Positions 18,641 to 29,690 of a DNA stretch of 64,000 bases are shown piece after piece. The stretch is from Shigella phage SH7: sequence record KX828711. The stretch is one strand, 5' to 3'. A model generated the notes under the pieces. It was not told the origin of the DNA. It made no database searches and saw only the letters and a program-made list of their open reading frames with translations. Made by a program: the position numbers and the translations under genes. The first letter of the stretch is position 1. Each line of letters opens with the position of its first letter.

Positions 18641-20067
18641 TAAAATTTTAATTCATTCGCCAAAGCATCTAACTGGGCTCGAGTGGATTCATTTCTTTGA
18701 TAGCGATTCTGTTCAGCCTGAATCTGCTGTGAACCTGCTACTTCGTTCACTTCAGTTGGAGTAGAATCTTGTTCAATTTCTACCCATTTTTGATTTCCTT
18801 TTTGAACACCCATCAAAAACTTATTCCACTTATTCTTATCACCGTATCGTGATTTGATTTGCTTAATGAGTTGTTGTTCAGCAGCTGCTAGCTCCTCGGT
18901 TTCAATGACCGCAAGCATAAAATCAGCTGTTGCTGGAAGACCGGCAGATTCTGCAATATCGCTCATGTTAACATCAGAAGAATCCCAAGCTTGCTTACCA
19001 ACCTGTGCTGCAGTCCAAAGAACGGTTTCGGTTTCAACAGCCAGAGCACGCAATTCCTCTGCGATAGCTTTAACAGTTGTGTAACTATTTTCTGAATAAA
19101 CTCTGATGCGGCAAGATTTACAAATACCTAGATAGTCAACAATAATGATTGTTGGAACAAAATTCTTCTTGAGCTTTAATTCATTTAAAAGCGACCGAAA
19201 TGTATTAGCGTCTGCTCCACCAGTAGGATACTGTTTAACGATTAAACGGCCGAGAGTAGATTTCTCACGCCATTTTTCCATTTTTCCTTTATACTCAGCG
19301 TAAGAAATATGCCCATCATCAATATCATCAAGAGAAACATCAAGCATATTAGCATCAATACGCTTAGCACAGACTTCTTCTGCCATTTCCATGGAAATGT
19401 AAAGAACATTATGTCCGAGCTGCAAATAATCTGCTGCTAATGAACACAATCCTAATGACTTACCAACGTTAACACCAGCCATTAAAACATTCAGTGTTCC
19501 AGTTTCAGCTCCGCCTTTAGTAATTTTATTTAGAATTTTGAGTTTAAATGGAACCTTACGAGCTTTATTCATATAAGATAGCCAACGTGCTTCGTAGTCA
19601 TCCATCCAATCATGGCCAACGTAACTATCAAATGAAATTGATAATGCTTGGCGCATGATGTCAGGAATAGCACCAACATCCGGCATTTTCTTATTTCGTT
19701 TTTCCGGAGGAAGCTCAGCATTAGTTTGAATTTCAATTATTTTAGATGTAGCATTAAACATCGCCCTTTGCTGAACATATTTTTCTGTTTCTTTTACTAA
19801 CCAGCTGTGGTCTTCTGGAGAATCGGCTAGTTTCGAAATAAGTGTTTTTACACCAGAATATTCTGTTTCAGTAAATGAACTATTTTCTAATGCAACATTT
19901 AACGCATTAATAGATGGAACGCTATGGTATTCATTAACATGAGATTTAATTAATTTGAATGTATTTTTAGCTGGACCACTTTCAAAATATTCTGAATCCA
20001 TATATGGCCAAACTTTTGAAAAATAAGCTTGATCAAATATGAGATGAGAAAGAATAATTTCTACCAC
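18640..20067 (-). CDS. 41: replicative DNA helicase (DnaB-like)
   Basis: 475 aa; Walker A GVNVGKS; recognised T4 gp41. Confidence 0.9.
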   Translation of the reverse strand: MVEIILSHLIFDQAYFSKVWPYMDSEYFESGPAKNTFKLIKSHVNEYHSVPSINALNVALENSSFTETEYSGVKTLISKLADSPEDHSWLVKETEKYVQQRAMFNATSKIIEIQTNAELPPEKRNKKMPDVGAIPDIMRQALSISFDSYVGHDWMDDYEARWLSYMNKARKVPFKLKILNKITKGGAETGTLNVLMAGVNVGKSLGLCSLAADYLQLGHNVLYISMEMAEEVCAKRIDANMLDVSLDDIDDGHISYAEYKGKMEKWREKSTLGRLIVKQYPTGGADANTFRSLLNELKLKKNFVPTIIIVDYLGICKSCRIRVYSENSYTTVKAIAEELRALAVETETVLWTAAQVGKQAWDSSDVNMSDIAESAGLPATADFMLAVIETEELAAAEQQLIKQIKSRYGDKNKWNKFLMGVQKGNQKWVEIEQDSTPTEVNEVAGSQQIQAEQNRYQRNESTRAQLDALANELKF

Positions 20068-20076
20068 ACTTACTCC

Positions 20077-20439
20077 TTAAAAGAATTTAAATTTTTTCTT
20101 TGACCTTTTATTAAATGCATCTTGTAGTTGCATTGTAATACATTTTTCTACATGAGGAGCTAACTCAGCTTTTCTTTCTTGGTCAAGAACAGCAAAGTCC
20201 ATTACAACCTTTCCATCAACCCAATCCAGTTTTGTTACATACACTATATGTGTAGAACCATCTTCTAGTTTAATGACAATCTCCTGGATAACATTTTCCA
20301 TAGCGGATTTAATTATCTTAAGAGACTCATTAAAAAGACGTTCTTTTCTTTCTTCTTCCCCCTCCGAAGAGGGGGATTCGTCGATAATTTCTAGATCTAA
20401 ATCTAAATCATCTTTATTCATTAAATTCTTCCATATCAC
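20077..20439 (-). CDS. 40: gp40-position protein
   Basis: 120-aa ORF; true start uncertain because a GC hairpin lies in the first 25 codons and the ORF overlaps the uvsX 3' end. Confidence 0.45.
   Translation of the reverse strand: MIWKNLMNKDDLDLDLEIIDESPSSEGEEERKERLFNESLKIIKSAMENVIQEIVIKLEDGSTHIVYVTKLDWVDGKVVMDFAVLDQERKAELAPHVEKCITMQLQDAFNKRSKKKFKFF
20358..20375 (-). terminator. UUCG-tetraloop GC hairpin 3' of uvsX, inside the annotated 5' part of gene 40
   Basis: ccccctc-cgaa-gaggggg. Confidence 0.45.
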
Positions 20440-21595
20440 TTAACTGTTCGAGGTCAGTTTCTAAATCAGCTGCTGATTTACTTTTACTTTCTGGAGATTT
20501 AAATTTTTCAACCTTTGAGTTAATCAATTCATCAACTTCAGCTTCAACAATTTCATTACTATCAATAGCACCTAACTGATAAGCACGTTTAATAGCATCT
20601 CGGAATGGTTGATGCTTAAATAAAGGACCCCAGAATGTAGTGCAGTTGGTATCTTTTGCACGCCAAGATTTTTCTTCACGAATCATCTCGCCGGTTTCTT
20701 CATCAAGAAATTCACGAGCATACCAGCCATTTTTAGGTTTTACCACGAATCCTAATTCTAGAGCCATATCTAACAATCCAGAATAAGGATCGATACCACC
20801 GTCAAATTTAACATCAATAAAGAATTTACTTTTTTCTTTAACGGTACGAGATTTTTCTACATTTAGAACAAATTGATACCCCTGAAGATCAGAACCATCT
20901 TTAATCTGACGCTTACCGATAATGAATACAGTATCAGCCGAATACATTACGCCTGTACCACCTGTCATCACGGTTTTACTAAACATTTCAATTGTTTCAA
21001 TTGTGTGGTTAACCGCAACACATGGAATATTTTTAATGCTAAAATAAGGAGTAACAATACGGAATAATGACTTCAGCGATTTAGCACGAGTCATATCTGC
21101 CACAGATTTTTCATTCAAGGCATCTTCAGTTTCTTTCTTAGAAGCCATATTACCAATTGAGTCGATGAATACTATAACCTTTTCACCACGCTCAATAGCT
21201 TCAAGCTGATTCACCATATCAATTTTCAGCTGTTCAACTGACTGAATTGGCGTATGAATTACTCGTTCCGGGTCAACTCCCATAGATCGCAAATAAGCTG
21301 GAGTAATACCAAATTCGCTATCATAGAATAGACAAACCGCGTCAGGATATTTGTTCAAATATGCCGCAACCATAGTCAAAGACATATTTGATTTAAAGTG
21401 TTTAGAAGGTCCTGCGAAAATAGTTAAACCAGACTGCATACCGCCATCAATCGCACCAGAAATAGCAATATTAAGCATTGGAATTTTTGTACGGATTACA
21501 TCCTTTTCATTAAAGAATTTAGATGTAGTCAGTTCAGCAGTCATTTTAGAAGTGGAAGCTTTAATCAAACGGGATTTTAAATCTGCAATAGACAT
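20414..21595 (-). CDS. uvsX: UvsX recombinase (RecA-like)
   Basis: 393 aa; Walker A GPSKHFKS; recognised. Confidence 0.9.
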   Translation of the reverse strand: MSIADLKSRLIKASTSKMTAELTTSKFFNEKDVIRTKIPMLNIAISGAIDGGMQSGLTIFAGPSKHFKSNMSLTMVAAYLNKYPDAVCLFYDSEFGITPAYLRSMGVDPERVIHTPIQSVEQLKIDMVNQLEAIERGEKVIVFIDSIGNMASKKETEDALNEKSVADMTRAKSLKSLFRIVTPYFSIKNIPCVAVNHTIETIEMFSKTVMTGGTGVMYSADTVFIIGKRQIKDGSDLQGYQFVLNVEKSRTVKEKSKFFIDVKFDGGIDPYSGLLDMALELGFVVKPKNGWYAREFLDEETGEMIREEKSWRAKDTNCTTFWGPLFKHQPFRDAIKRAYQLGAIDSNEIVEAEVDELINSKVEKFKSPESKSKSAADLETDLEQLSDMEEFNE

Positions 21596-21672
21596 TCATT
21601 TTTTCCATAGGCATCATTATATTTTCCTCACCGGTTAAAGATAGAGTAATTATAACACAATAAATTTAGGCA

Positions 21673-22521
21673 TTAATCAACTGCTATTGGATGAATAGCA
21701 TTAAACTTATGAAATGCTTCTGATTTTTCTTTACGCGAAACACACATACGAAGAACCTTTAATGGTTCATCTTCTTCACCCAACGATTTTCGTTTTTCAA
21801 TATTAGAAGTTTTCCAACGAGCTTGCTCTGGAAACTCTCTATTGATTTGTTCAAGTGCTCTATTATGTTTAGAATTACTGCGAATTGAACTGCACCCGCC
21901 AGGAGCTTGTGCTTTTCCAGATACAACTAGATATTTGAACAAGGCCAAATGCGGATAACCTTGATTAATTAAATTGAGAAATGCATACATATCTTCGCAT
22001 AAATCAATTTTTCCATACCCAATTTGTTCTGTAGTAAGTTTTCCGAGGTCATACCATGTATTCGTGAATCCATATGAATTTTCACGATAATTACCCCAAG
22101 ATGAAGTAATTTTAAAAATAGGTAGACGAGCATGGCCATGATAATACCCACAATCCATGGCATCCTCAACATATTGAATCAATTCATAGAACTGTTCACG
22201 AGTCAATTGATTGACTTTATCCACACAACGACGATCATCTCTTTTTCGCATTGAACTCATGCGAATAGTAGTATCATCGTCAATCATCCAGATTCGTTGA
22301 CCTGCATACATATCAGTAATTGCTTTACGAGTACCGGCAATTCCGTTTACATCATCAGGAATAGTTATAATTTTAGCTCTAGACCCATAGGCATCATAAT
22401 AAGCTTTTTCTTCATGTTCACGCACTACAATATGCGGTTCATAATCAGTCGGAAACATATCAAGGGCAGAAACTGCCCCTACACGCTGATAACTTGGAAT
22501 TACGAATTGAATCATTTCCAC
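21673..22521 (-). CDS. GT-A-type DNA glucosyltransferase in the beta-gt slot (282 aa, shorter than T4 beta-gt)
   Basis: DxD-type motif WMIDDDTT; position between uvsX and 42; size fits a T2/T6-type beta-alpha-glucosyltransferase as recalled. Confidence 0.5.
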   Translation of the reverse strand: MEMIQFVIPSYQRVGAVSALDMFPTDYEPHIVVREHEEKAYYDAYGSRAKIITIPDDVNGIAGTRKAITDMYAGQRIWMIDDDTTIRMSSMRKRDDRRCVDKVNQLTREQFYELIQYVEDAMDCGYYHGHARLPIFKITSSWGNYRENSYGFTNTWYDLGKLTTEQIGYGKIDLCEDMYAFLNLINQGYPHLALFKYLVVSGKAQAPGGCSSIRSNSKHNRALEQINREFPEQARWKTSNIEKRKSLGEEDEPLKVLRMCVSRKEKSEAFHKFNAIHPIAVD

Positions 22522-23252
22522 TCACCGTTATAATCTTTTTTCACAATATGAGTTTCGCCAGTATTCCACCAATGATCAACCAAGTAAAAATGACGAGAAT
22601 ATACATGAAGACTTCCAACATTCCATATAATAGAACCTGCTTTATACTGACGAGTTGAATCGCCTGCATTCAAATCAGATACTAATTTATCTAATACGTA
22701 TTTTTGCCATGCATAATCATTACGGAATCCGAAGACCACGTCATTTGAGCGCATGTTAACAACCGCATTGATTTTCTTGTCACGAATCAGATACTGTACG
22801 GTATTCGTACACATGAAATCTGACATACCATCTTTATTGTAGTCAAACTGCATAGATGGACGAGTATAAATCATGATACCACGCCGAGAATCAGGATTTT
22901 GACCAAGTTCAGCTAAACACATGTCATATTGAGCATAGTTATCTTCTGACCAGATAGCCCAACCATAATTCGAGTTAATTTCACCTTTAGAAGATGCTAC
23001 TTGTTGCCAAATCTTCGGTGTTTCACCTGGAATATCTTTAACAAACAAGCTCTTAGATTTATACCATTCAAGTTCACGCTGAATGTATTCATCATTAAGA
23101 GCGCCAAAAATAAACGGTTCATCTGCTACAAATGATGCGCCAATAATTTCAATAGTTTTAACACCAGTTTTATCAACTACGAAATCTTTTTCTTTTAATG
23201 CAAGCCCCAAATGAAGACGGATTTCTTCAACTGTCATAGAGTCACTAATCAT
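22512..23252 (-). CDS. 42: dCMP hydroxymethylase
   Basis: 246 aa; thymidylate-synthase-like fold motifs; size identical to T4 gp42. Confidence 0.85.
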   Translation of the reverse strand: MISDSMTVEEIRLHLGLALKEKDFVVDKTGVKTIEIIGASFVADEPFIFGALNDEYIQRELEWYKSKSLFVKDIPGETPKIWQQVASSKGEINSNYGWAIWSEDNYAQYDMCLAELGQNPDSRRGIMIYTRPSMQFDYNKDGMSDFMCTNTVQYLIRDKKINAVVNMRSNDVVFGFRNDYAWQKYVLDKLVSDLNAGDSTRQYKAGSIIWNVGSLHVYSRHFYLVDHWWNTGETHIVKKDYNGEWK

Positions 23253-23259
23253 TTAAACC

Positions 23260-23409
23260 TCAATTGATACATTCATATTTAACTTGTAACAGTAATAAAC
23301 CCCAACCTAAAATAATAGTTGGAATCATAAGAGGAACCGTTACACTATAGTATATACTTATTATAATCATCAAGATTAAAAGCAACACTGCTATAATTTT
23401 GCTTTTCAT
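23260..23409 (-). CDS. 49-aa hydrophobic peptide
   Basis: own translation MKSKIIAVLLLILMIIISIYY...; ATGA overlap with imm stop; not in ORF track. Confidence 0.3.
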   Translation of the reverse strand: MKSKIIAVLLLILMIIISIYYSVTVPLMIPTIILGWGLLLLQVKYECIN

Positions 23410-23657
23410 TCCTTCTCTCTGATGATAATTACCTGATTTGGCTGTGTAGACTTTTTAGTTTCACCCGCAATTGACCAAATAAATGTAATAAACCAACCAA
23501 TAATTGACCAGTTAAACAGTAAAGACGTGAAAAAGATTCCTACTGTCGATTTTGACCCACGCATCAAGGCGATGAACCATGGAAGCATGTATATAATAAT
23601 AGCCAACACGCCTGAAACTAAAACCATAAAAATTGAGCCTGCTACTAAAGTTTCCAT
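23406..23657 (-). CDS. imm: Imm superinfection immunity membrane protein
   Basis: 83 aa, two TM segments; size and position match T4 Imm. Confidence 0.6.
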   Translation of the reverse strand: METLVAGSIFMVLVSGVLAIIIYMLPWFIALMRGSKSTVGIFFTSLLFNWSIIGWFITFIWSIAGETKKSTQPNQVIIIREKE

Positions 23658-23664
23658 CTTTTCC

Positions 23665-24045
23665 TCACTTAGTTAAATTTTTTACGCATGAATTATAAGA
23701 ATTCACTACATACTCCATCGGAGCATTTTTACCGGTACGCCACTGGTAATTATTAGCCCAATTTGCCCAAAGTTCAGCGCAGTAGTTTTCAATTTTTTCT
23801 TCGCGTGTAATTACATCCGAATTACGATATGCTTGAGCAGATTCATCTGGACGAATAGCTTCGTCAAAATTCGCCTGCATTTGTTCTACTGTCTGTTTTG
23901 GAGCTTCTTTATAACACTTGACATTAGGATTATAAAATTTGCTTGAACAGTTTACAATTTTTCCTACATCAGACTGATTTACTACCGGTCCTTGAGCTAC
24001 ACAGCCAGTAAGACCTAATGCAATAACCAAAATAGCGATTTTCAT
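23665..24045 (-). CDS. lipoprotein (imm.1 position)
   Basis: start at internal Met MKIAILVIALGLTGC; the track's N-terminal extension is translated promoter sequence. Confidence 0.45.
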   Translation of the reverse strand: MKIAILVIALGLTGCVAQGPVVNQSDVGKIVNCSSKFYNPNVKCYKEAPKQTVEQMQANFDEAIRPDESAQAYRNSDVITREEKIENYCAELWANWANNYQWRTGKNAPMEYVVNSYNSCVKNLTK

Positions 24046-24079
24046 TTCATTCTCCAAATCCGTGTTAGTTGATAGTTGT

Positions 24080-24109
24080 ATAGTACCATGGAAGAACAGT
24101 CTTGTAAAC
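24080..24109 (-). promoter_or_regulatory. early promoter with conserved TGGTACTATACAACTATC core
   Basis: near-identical copies at 48812..48841 and 54085..54114. Confidence 0.6.
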
Positions 24110-24197
24110 AAGTTTTGTGAAAAATTTTTTAGGGAATTCTAAAGGTCCAGAATCATCTGTTTTTCATAAGTATAGATTTATATTACTTGTATGAAAA

Positions 24198-24215
24198 AGG
24201 GACCCGGAGGTCCCT
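24198..24215 (-). terminator. GC hairpin 3' of gene 43
   Basis: agggacc-cgga-ggtccct. Confidence 0.55.
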
Positions 24216-24227
24216 AGATTTATTCTA

Positions 24228-26924
24228 TCAGCCAAATAGGAAGTCTAACGAAGCTTTTTCTTCATAGTCCATACCAGCCGATTCACACATACCCGCAAGC
24301 GGTTTAACAAACGATTTTTGGAACAAAGTTGAGTAGTCAATCCAAGATAGTACATCAGAACGAATTTCTTTTGGAAGTTCTGTACCCGACGGCCAAGCAA
24401 TGCACTTATCACCAAATGGATTTCCTTCACGTAATGGAAGAACCATTACCTTATTTCCATCCAAAATTGGAGCTACACCCAGACCACTAACAGCTCGACG
24501 ATAAGTTAGCACACCACGAATATGGAATGGGCATTTAAATCCTGGCCAACCTTTATCATCATATTTCGCTATATCGTTCGCAGTTTTTACTTCAGCAATA
24601 ACTTTATAGTCGAGTTGACGATATTCTTTCTCGAAGTTCTTGTAATATTCTTGGACAGACTCTTCACCTTCCTGAAGAATACGACGAATACTTTCTTCGA
24701 GAGCTTCTTGCACTGCCTTTGGTGTTGAACTCTGCTGAGTTTCCATACCCATGATTTTTAGATGTGGTTCAGCAAATCGTTTATCTTCCATATCATAAAC
24801 GTTCAGAGCATAACGTTTTTTCGCTTTCCAAAATCCACCAACACCCTTTGAACCAAGCGGAGGGCAAGAAATAGCTTCACGGTCCATATGCATCAGATGC
24901 TCGCGGTTATTCATATAATCACATAACTCACGATATGCAACATCAATCATAGGTTCCATCTTTTTCTTACCGAACTGATTCATGAATTCAACCAAATCGT
25001 TCTGCTCTTTGAATCGGTCAAGACCAACTTTTTCAATAACTTTATCTACACAAACATATACCGAATCAGTATCACCTGCTGCAATGAAATCTTCATCATT
25101 AGTTCCGCATACTTTATTCAGATATTCATTAATTTTACGAGCAATCCACTGAATACCGACTTGGCCAAAAATTGTGATAGCAGTAGCATTTCGCAAATCA
25201 TAGTAACGGAAATGAATATTACCAAGAGCACCATAAAGACTGTTAATAAGAATTTTACGGTTCAGCTGATTTGTATTAGCGAGTGTAGCCGCTTTTTCAC
25301 ATTCTTCAATTAGACTATTGAGAACAGATTCAGTATAATTCGATAGTTCATTTAAGAAATCATCACTGAACTTAACATATCGTTCAACTTCTGGTTTAGT
25401 TGAACAAGACCCTGCGCCTTTCATAATAATCTTTTTAATAGCTTCGGCATTCATTTCTTCAGCGAACATTTTCTTTTTCCAGTCTTTACGCTGGAAAAAT
25501 ACTTTAGCGATTTCCTTTGGAATGATACCTTCTTGATGCTTATCATACATCCATCCATTCGGAGAACAAGAATATTCATCACTCGGTTTAGGAGCTGTTC
25601 CTGCGATATATTCATGAATTGGATGAACTTTAAACTGTCCACGAATAGTCTCAGGACTAATGTTAACTTGACGAATAATGCTCGGATACAGAGACGTCAA
25701 GTCAAAACTCATAATATATCGACGAGCAATTGGTTTAGGTTCAAATACAAATGCACCCGGAAAACTTTGTTTAACGTGCGAACCTTGTTGAGGAATAACC
25801 TTGTGTTCACCTTTCAATGAGTTAAAAATAATAGCATCCCAAGTTTTAATAGGACTCATTACACCAGAAAAAGGCATTTTAGCATAATAAGACATACTTA
25901 AAACTAGATCGATAAACCCGCGAATTTTATCAATTGCTTGAACTGATTCTACGTCAATGATGTTATAACTAATGTATCGTTGATGATTAGTCTCACGAAG
26001 TTTATTAATAGGACCGTCGTATGGTAATTTACCTTTTTTGGTTTCATGTTGAGCAACTGATTCCAAAGAGAATGACGGCAAATTAGTAAATGCGAATTTC
26101 TTATACAAATCTAAATAATCAAGAATAGATACGCCATCAATAGAATAAATTTCTTTGCTACCATACATATTTTGAATTAGTTTAGATTTTACTCGACCGA
26201 TTGGAGAGAAACGTTTCATACTGCGTTCGCCCAGAATCATTTTAACACGATTCATGATATATGGAACGTCAAACCCCTCAATATTCCAACCAGTAAAAAT
26301 AGCAGGTCGTTTCTGTTCCCAGAGATTGATATATTCCATGAGCATATCACGCTCATTATCGAATGGCATATAAATTACTCGGTCAAGAATTTCTTGAGGA
26401 ACTTCATCACCACCTTCACAGTCAAGCTTAGCAGCTAACTTTGCATCCCATTTTGATACTGAACCATACATTGAATTCAAAAGGTCGAAAACATAAAAAC
26501 GATCGTCAATTGAATCATAATGAGTGATAGCATCAATTTCATATTCTGCTTTCATTGGGTCAGGAAATTTATCACCAGTAACCTCAATGTCACAGTTAGC
26601 TACACGAACAAATTTTCGGTCATAAACAATTTCTGAACCATATGTATCACTGATATAAGCGAGTTTAAAATCGTTCATACCGAGAGCTTCGAGACCGATG
26701 TCTTCCATTCGCTTCATCCAATCTCGCGCATCTTTCATTGATGGAAATTTTTGAGGAGCACAGTTTTTACCATAGATGTCTTTGTATTTTGACTCTTCCT
26801 TACAATGCCTAAACATAGTCGGAAGATATTCTACTTCACGCGTACGTTCCTTTCCGTTTTCATCAATATAACGTTCAACAATATTATTTCCGACTGTTTC
26901 GATAGAGATATAAAATTCTTTCAT
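24228..26924 (-). CDS. 43: DNA polymerase (family B)
   Basis: 898 aa; exo motifs DIE, YGDTDS polymerase motif; recognised T4-type gp43. Confidence 0.95.
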   Translation of the reverse strand: MKEFYISIETVGNNIVERYIDENGKERTREVEYLPTMFRHCKEESKYKDIYGKNCAPQKFPSMKDARDWMKRMEDIGLEALGMNDFKLAYISDTYGSEIVYDRKFVRVANCDIEVTGDKFPDPMKAEYEIDAITHYDSIDDRFYVFDLLNSMYGSVSKWDAKLAAKLDCEGGDEVPQEILDRVIYMPFDNERDMLMEYINLWEQKRPAIFTGWNIEGFDVPYIMNRVKMILGERSMKRFSPIGRVKSKLIQNMYGSKEIYSIDGVSILDYLDLYKKFAFTNLPSFSLESVAQHETKKGKLPYDGPINKLRETNHQRYISYNIIDVESVQAIDKIRGFIDLVLSMSYYAKMPFSGVMSPIKTWDAIIFNSLKGEHKVIPQQGSHVKQSFPGAFVFEPKPIARRYIMSFDLTSLYPSIIRQVNISPETIRGQFKVHPIHEYIAGTAPKPSDEYSCSPNGWMYDKHQEGIIPKEIAKVFFQRKDWKKKMFAEEMNAEAIKKIIMKGAGSCSTKPEVERYVKFSDDFLNELSNYTESVLNSLIEECEKAATLANTNQLNRKILINSLYGALGNIHFRYYDLRNATAITIFGQVGIQWIARKINEYLNKVCGTNDEDFIAAGDTDSVYVCVDKVIEKVGLDRFKEQNDLVEFMNQFGKKKMEPMIDVAYRELCDYMNNREHLMHMDREAISCPPLGSKGVGGFWKAKKRYALNVYDMEDKRFAEPHLKIMGMETQQSSTPKAVQEALEESIRRILQEGEESVQEYYKNFEKEYRQLDYKVIAEVKTANDIAKYDDKGWPGFKCPFHIRGVLTYRRAVSGLGVAPILDGNKVMVLPLREGNPFGDKCIAWPSGTELPKEIRSDVLSWIDYSTLFQKSFVKPLAGMCESAGMDYEEKASLDFLFG

Positions 26925-26982
26925 AGATATTCCTTAGTTTATAGCCCGAGTTATTAGGCTCTTGATATATTATACTCCAAAT

Positions 26983-27000
26983 AAGGGGCCGAAGCCCCTT
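26983..27000 (-). terminator. UUCG-tetraloop hairpin 3' of regA
   Basis: aaggggc-cgaa-gcccctt. Confidence 0.6.
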
Positions 27001-27002
27001 GC

Positions 27003-27371
27003 TTAATTACCAATCGTATATTTAGGAACGAGTTTCCATTCATGTTTTTGTTTAAAAGAAATAACTCGGAAGTTATTAGTTAAATCTTTCATAAAAGTTC
27101 TTTGACCAGGAACGATTTCAATCAGTCCCCAATCTTCTAATAGCCATGCAATCGAATCACGACGAACTTCATCTTCTTCTGTCATTTCAACTTGGCGACC
27201 ATCCATACGAAGCATTTCTTTAAAATGAACGATATAGTATAGTCCTTTTTTCTGAAGAATATGACAGGACTGATACAGAACTTTATCTTTATTATTAGCA
27301 ATTCCCATACGAGTCAAAGTTTCTTTTACTTTCAGAAAATCTTCAGGTTTTTTAAGAGTAATTTCAATCAT
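27003..27371 (-). CDS. regA: RegA translational repressor
   Basis: 122 aa; position 3' of 62; size matches. Confidence 0.75.
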   Translation of the reverse strand: MIEITLKKPEDFLKVKETLTRMGIANNKDKVLYQSCHILQKKGLYYIVHFKEMLRMDGRQVEMTEEDEVRRDSIAWLLEDWGLIEIVPGQRTFMKDLTNNFRVISFKQKHEWKLVPKYTIGN

Positions 27372-27372
27372 T

Positions 27373-27957
27373 TTACCATTCCAATGCTAGTTTTTTGAGT
27401 TGTTTCTGTTCTTTTACGTTCTTAGTCACTTCTTTCAAAAAATCATCCGTGACTAAACCTTTTAGTTCTTTTAATACTAAAGGTAGTTTTCCGTTTTTAG
27501 TAAGAATTGATTTATAGTTAATTGCATCATTTGTATTAACTTGATACCGTTTAGCAAGTAACTTAATAATCAATACTTCGGTGGAATCTTCAACCAGTTT
27601 TGCCCATTTACCATATCTTTTACCACGAGGAACTGCAGCCATTAGATAATTAAAATGAGCTTCATCACTTAATCCAGAACCGATTAAATTCATTGCATAT
27701 ACAGCTGGCATGCACTCTGGAAATTGTGATAATGCATTTTCAACCATGAATTTTGAATAATCCTTTTGAGCAATAGAGCATTTAGTTTTATTATTAATAG
27801 CTCCAATTATTTCAAAAAATTCATTTTCAGCTTTTTCTTTAAAAGAATCAGCAGCGGATTGGACAGCTGTCCAATCTTTTGAATACCAAGCAATTTGATG
27901 CTCGTTTAATTGAATATCATCTTCAAATAAGCTCATATCACTTCCACTGCATTTCAC
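27373..27957 (-). CDS. 62: clamp-loader small subunit
   Basis: 194-aa ORF between 44 and regA. Confidence 0.75.
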   Translation of the reverse strand: MKCSGSDMSLFEDDIQLNEHQIAWYSKDWTAVQSAADSFKEKAENEFFEIIGAINNKTKCSIAQKDYSKFMVENALSQFPECMPAVYAMNLIGSGLSDEAHFNYLMAAVPRGKRYGKWAKLVEDSTEVLIIKLLAKRYQVNTNDAINYKSILTKNGKLPLVLKELKGLVTDDFLKEVTKNVKEQKQLKKLALEW

Positions 27958-28912
27958 ATGCTAATTGAATGAAAAGATAAGCTAGATGCAATTCAGTATT
28001 AGCTGCAATACCATGATACTGATTATTTTCGCCGACAATTTCGTACATACGAATAATACTCTGTGGAGTTACACGTGAATAAATTTCTTCGGCAAGTTTA
28101 CCCACGAACCACGAATAATCAGCTGCATATTTTGGTGCTAAAGCTCTGAGTTGTTTAACATCTTTATTTTTGAGAGACTCAAGAACATCATCAATAGCAC
28201 CACGATCGTTAGTAACCAGTGATAAAATACCAGCATCCAAAACACCTTTAGATGAATAACTATCGAGCTCGCCAATAGTTTTACGAAAATCAGGAAAATT
28301 CTTTTTAACCAAAGCTGCTACAACTTTCATATCAGCTATAGCAATTCCTTCACGCTTGCAGATTTCAGTCAATCGACGAATCATCTGCTTCATCATTTCA
28401 ATTTTATCTTCATCGGTCGGTTGACCGAATGTAATAACTCGACAGCGTGACTGAAGTGGTTTAATAATACCATCAATATTGTTAGCAGTAATAATAATAC
28501 TACAGTTTGAACTATAAGCTTCCATAAAGGAACGAAGATGTCGCTGAGACTCTGCTAGCCCTGAACGGTCAAATTCATCAATAACAATTACTTTTTGACG
28601 ACCATCAAATGAAGCGGCGCTGGCAAAATTAGTCAAAGGACCACGAACGAAATCAATTTTACAATCTGACCCATTCACAAACATCATATCAGCATTTACA
28701 TCATGACACAATGCTTTTGCTACAGTTGTTTTACCTGTTCCTGGAGAAGGAGAATGAAGAATAATATGTGGAATCTTACCTTTACTTGTAATAGATTTAA
28801 AGGTTTCTTTATCAAAGGCGGGAAGAATACATTCATCGATAGTAGATGGACGATATTTCTGTTCAAGAATGTGTTCTTTTTCATTTACGGTAATCATAAT
28901 TTCCTCATTCAA
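27938..28912 (-). CDS. 44: clamp-loader ATPase (RFC-like AAA+)
   Basis: Walker [11 protein letters not shown], Walker B VIVIDEFD. Confidence 0.9.
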   Translation of the reverse strand: MNEEIMITVNEKEHILEQKYRPSTIDECILPAFDKETFKSITSKGKIPHIILHSPSPGTGKTTVAKALCHDVNADMMFVNGSDCKIDFVRGPLTNFASAASFDGRQKVIVIDEFDRSGLAESQRHLRSFMEAYSSNCSIIITANNIDGIIKPLQSRCRVITFGQPTDEDKIEMMKQMIRRLTEICKREGIAIADMKVVAALVKKNFPDFRKTIGELDSYSSKGVLDAGILSLVTNDRGAIDDVLESLKNKDVKQLRALAPKYAADYSWFVGKLAEEIYSRVTPQSIIRMYEIVGENNQYHGIAANTELHLAYLFIQLACEMQWK

Positions 28913-28931
28913 GTTTTAGTGTAAATTATAA

Positions 28932-28945
28932 AGGGCCGAAGCCCT
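28932..28945 (-). terminator. UUCG-tetraloop hairpin 3' of gene 45
   Basis: agggc-cgaa-gccct. Confidence 0.55.
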
Positions 28946-28948
28946 CTA

Positions 28949-29635
28949 TTAAAAATCGTGGGTAGAATCAGCTTCAAGAGCTACTACATAATTCGCATGT
29001 TCACCTTCAAATTTAGCAGCACCTTGTTTACCTTTTGCCCAGAGCAGAAGTTTATAATTTCCTGGTTGCATTTTCATATTTGCCATATTGATAATGAAAT
29101 TAAATGTATTTTCACCATCATAATCACCAAGAGTCAAAGAATATTTAACACGGGTTAAAGCAGAATCTTCTACTTTATTAAAACCGTTGATTACGATTTT
29201 ACCTTCTTTTACCGTGATAGCAATTGTATCAATTTGCAGACCACGAGATACACGCAACAGTTGTTGAAGGTCTTCAGCTTTAATTTCAGTAACAACAGAT
29301 GCTACCGGGAATGGAATTGGTTTATTAGGAGCAACTACTGTACTCGGATCGGCTGCTGGCCAAAAAATTGTTGAGCGGGCATCAGCAATTTTAATATTTC
29401 CATCTTCTGACTGGGAAATTTCTGCATCATCATTAACCAGAGACAGAATACCGAGAAAACCGTTCAAATCGTAAATTGCTACATCAAAATCAATAACGTC
29501 AGAAATATTTGCTTCCGCATAAGTTGTACCATTAACTGCACGAGTCATAATAAATTGACCTGATTTAAGCATAATACCGGAGTTAATAGTAGCGAAATTT
29601 TTAAGCAGAGCAGTAGTATCTTTAGACAGTTTCAT
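28949..29635 (-). CDS. 45: sliding clamp
   Basis: 228 aa; recognised. Confidence 0.9.
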   Translation of the reverse strand: MKLSKDTTALLKNFATINSGIMLKSGQFIMTRAVNGTTYAEANISDVIDFDVAIYDLNGFLGILSLVNDDAEISQSEDGNIKIADARSTIFWPAADPSTVVAPNKPIPFPVASVVTEIKAEDLQQLLRVSRGLQIDTIAITVKEGKIVINGFNKVEDSALTRVKYSLTLGDYDGENTFNFIINMANMKMQPGNYKLLLWAKGKQGAAKFEGEHANYVVALEADSTHDF

Positions 29636-29664
29636 GTAATTTCCTTCAATTCAAATGAGATTTA

Positions 29665-29689
29665 ATTTTATAACTAATTTAATAAAGCA
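29665..29689 (-). promoter_or_regulatory. middle promoter (MotA box TGCTTTA plus -10 TATAAA) for gene 45
   Basis: minus strand ttGCTTTAttaaattagtTATAAAAT. Confidence 0.5.
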
Positions 29690-29690
29690 A

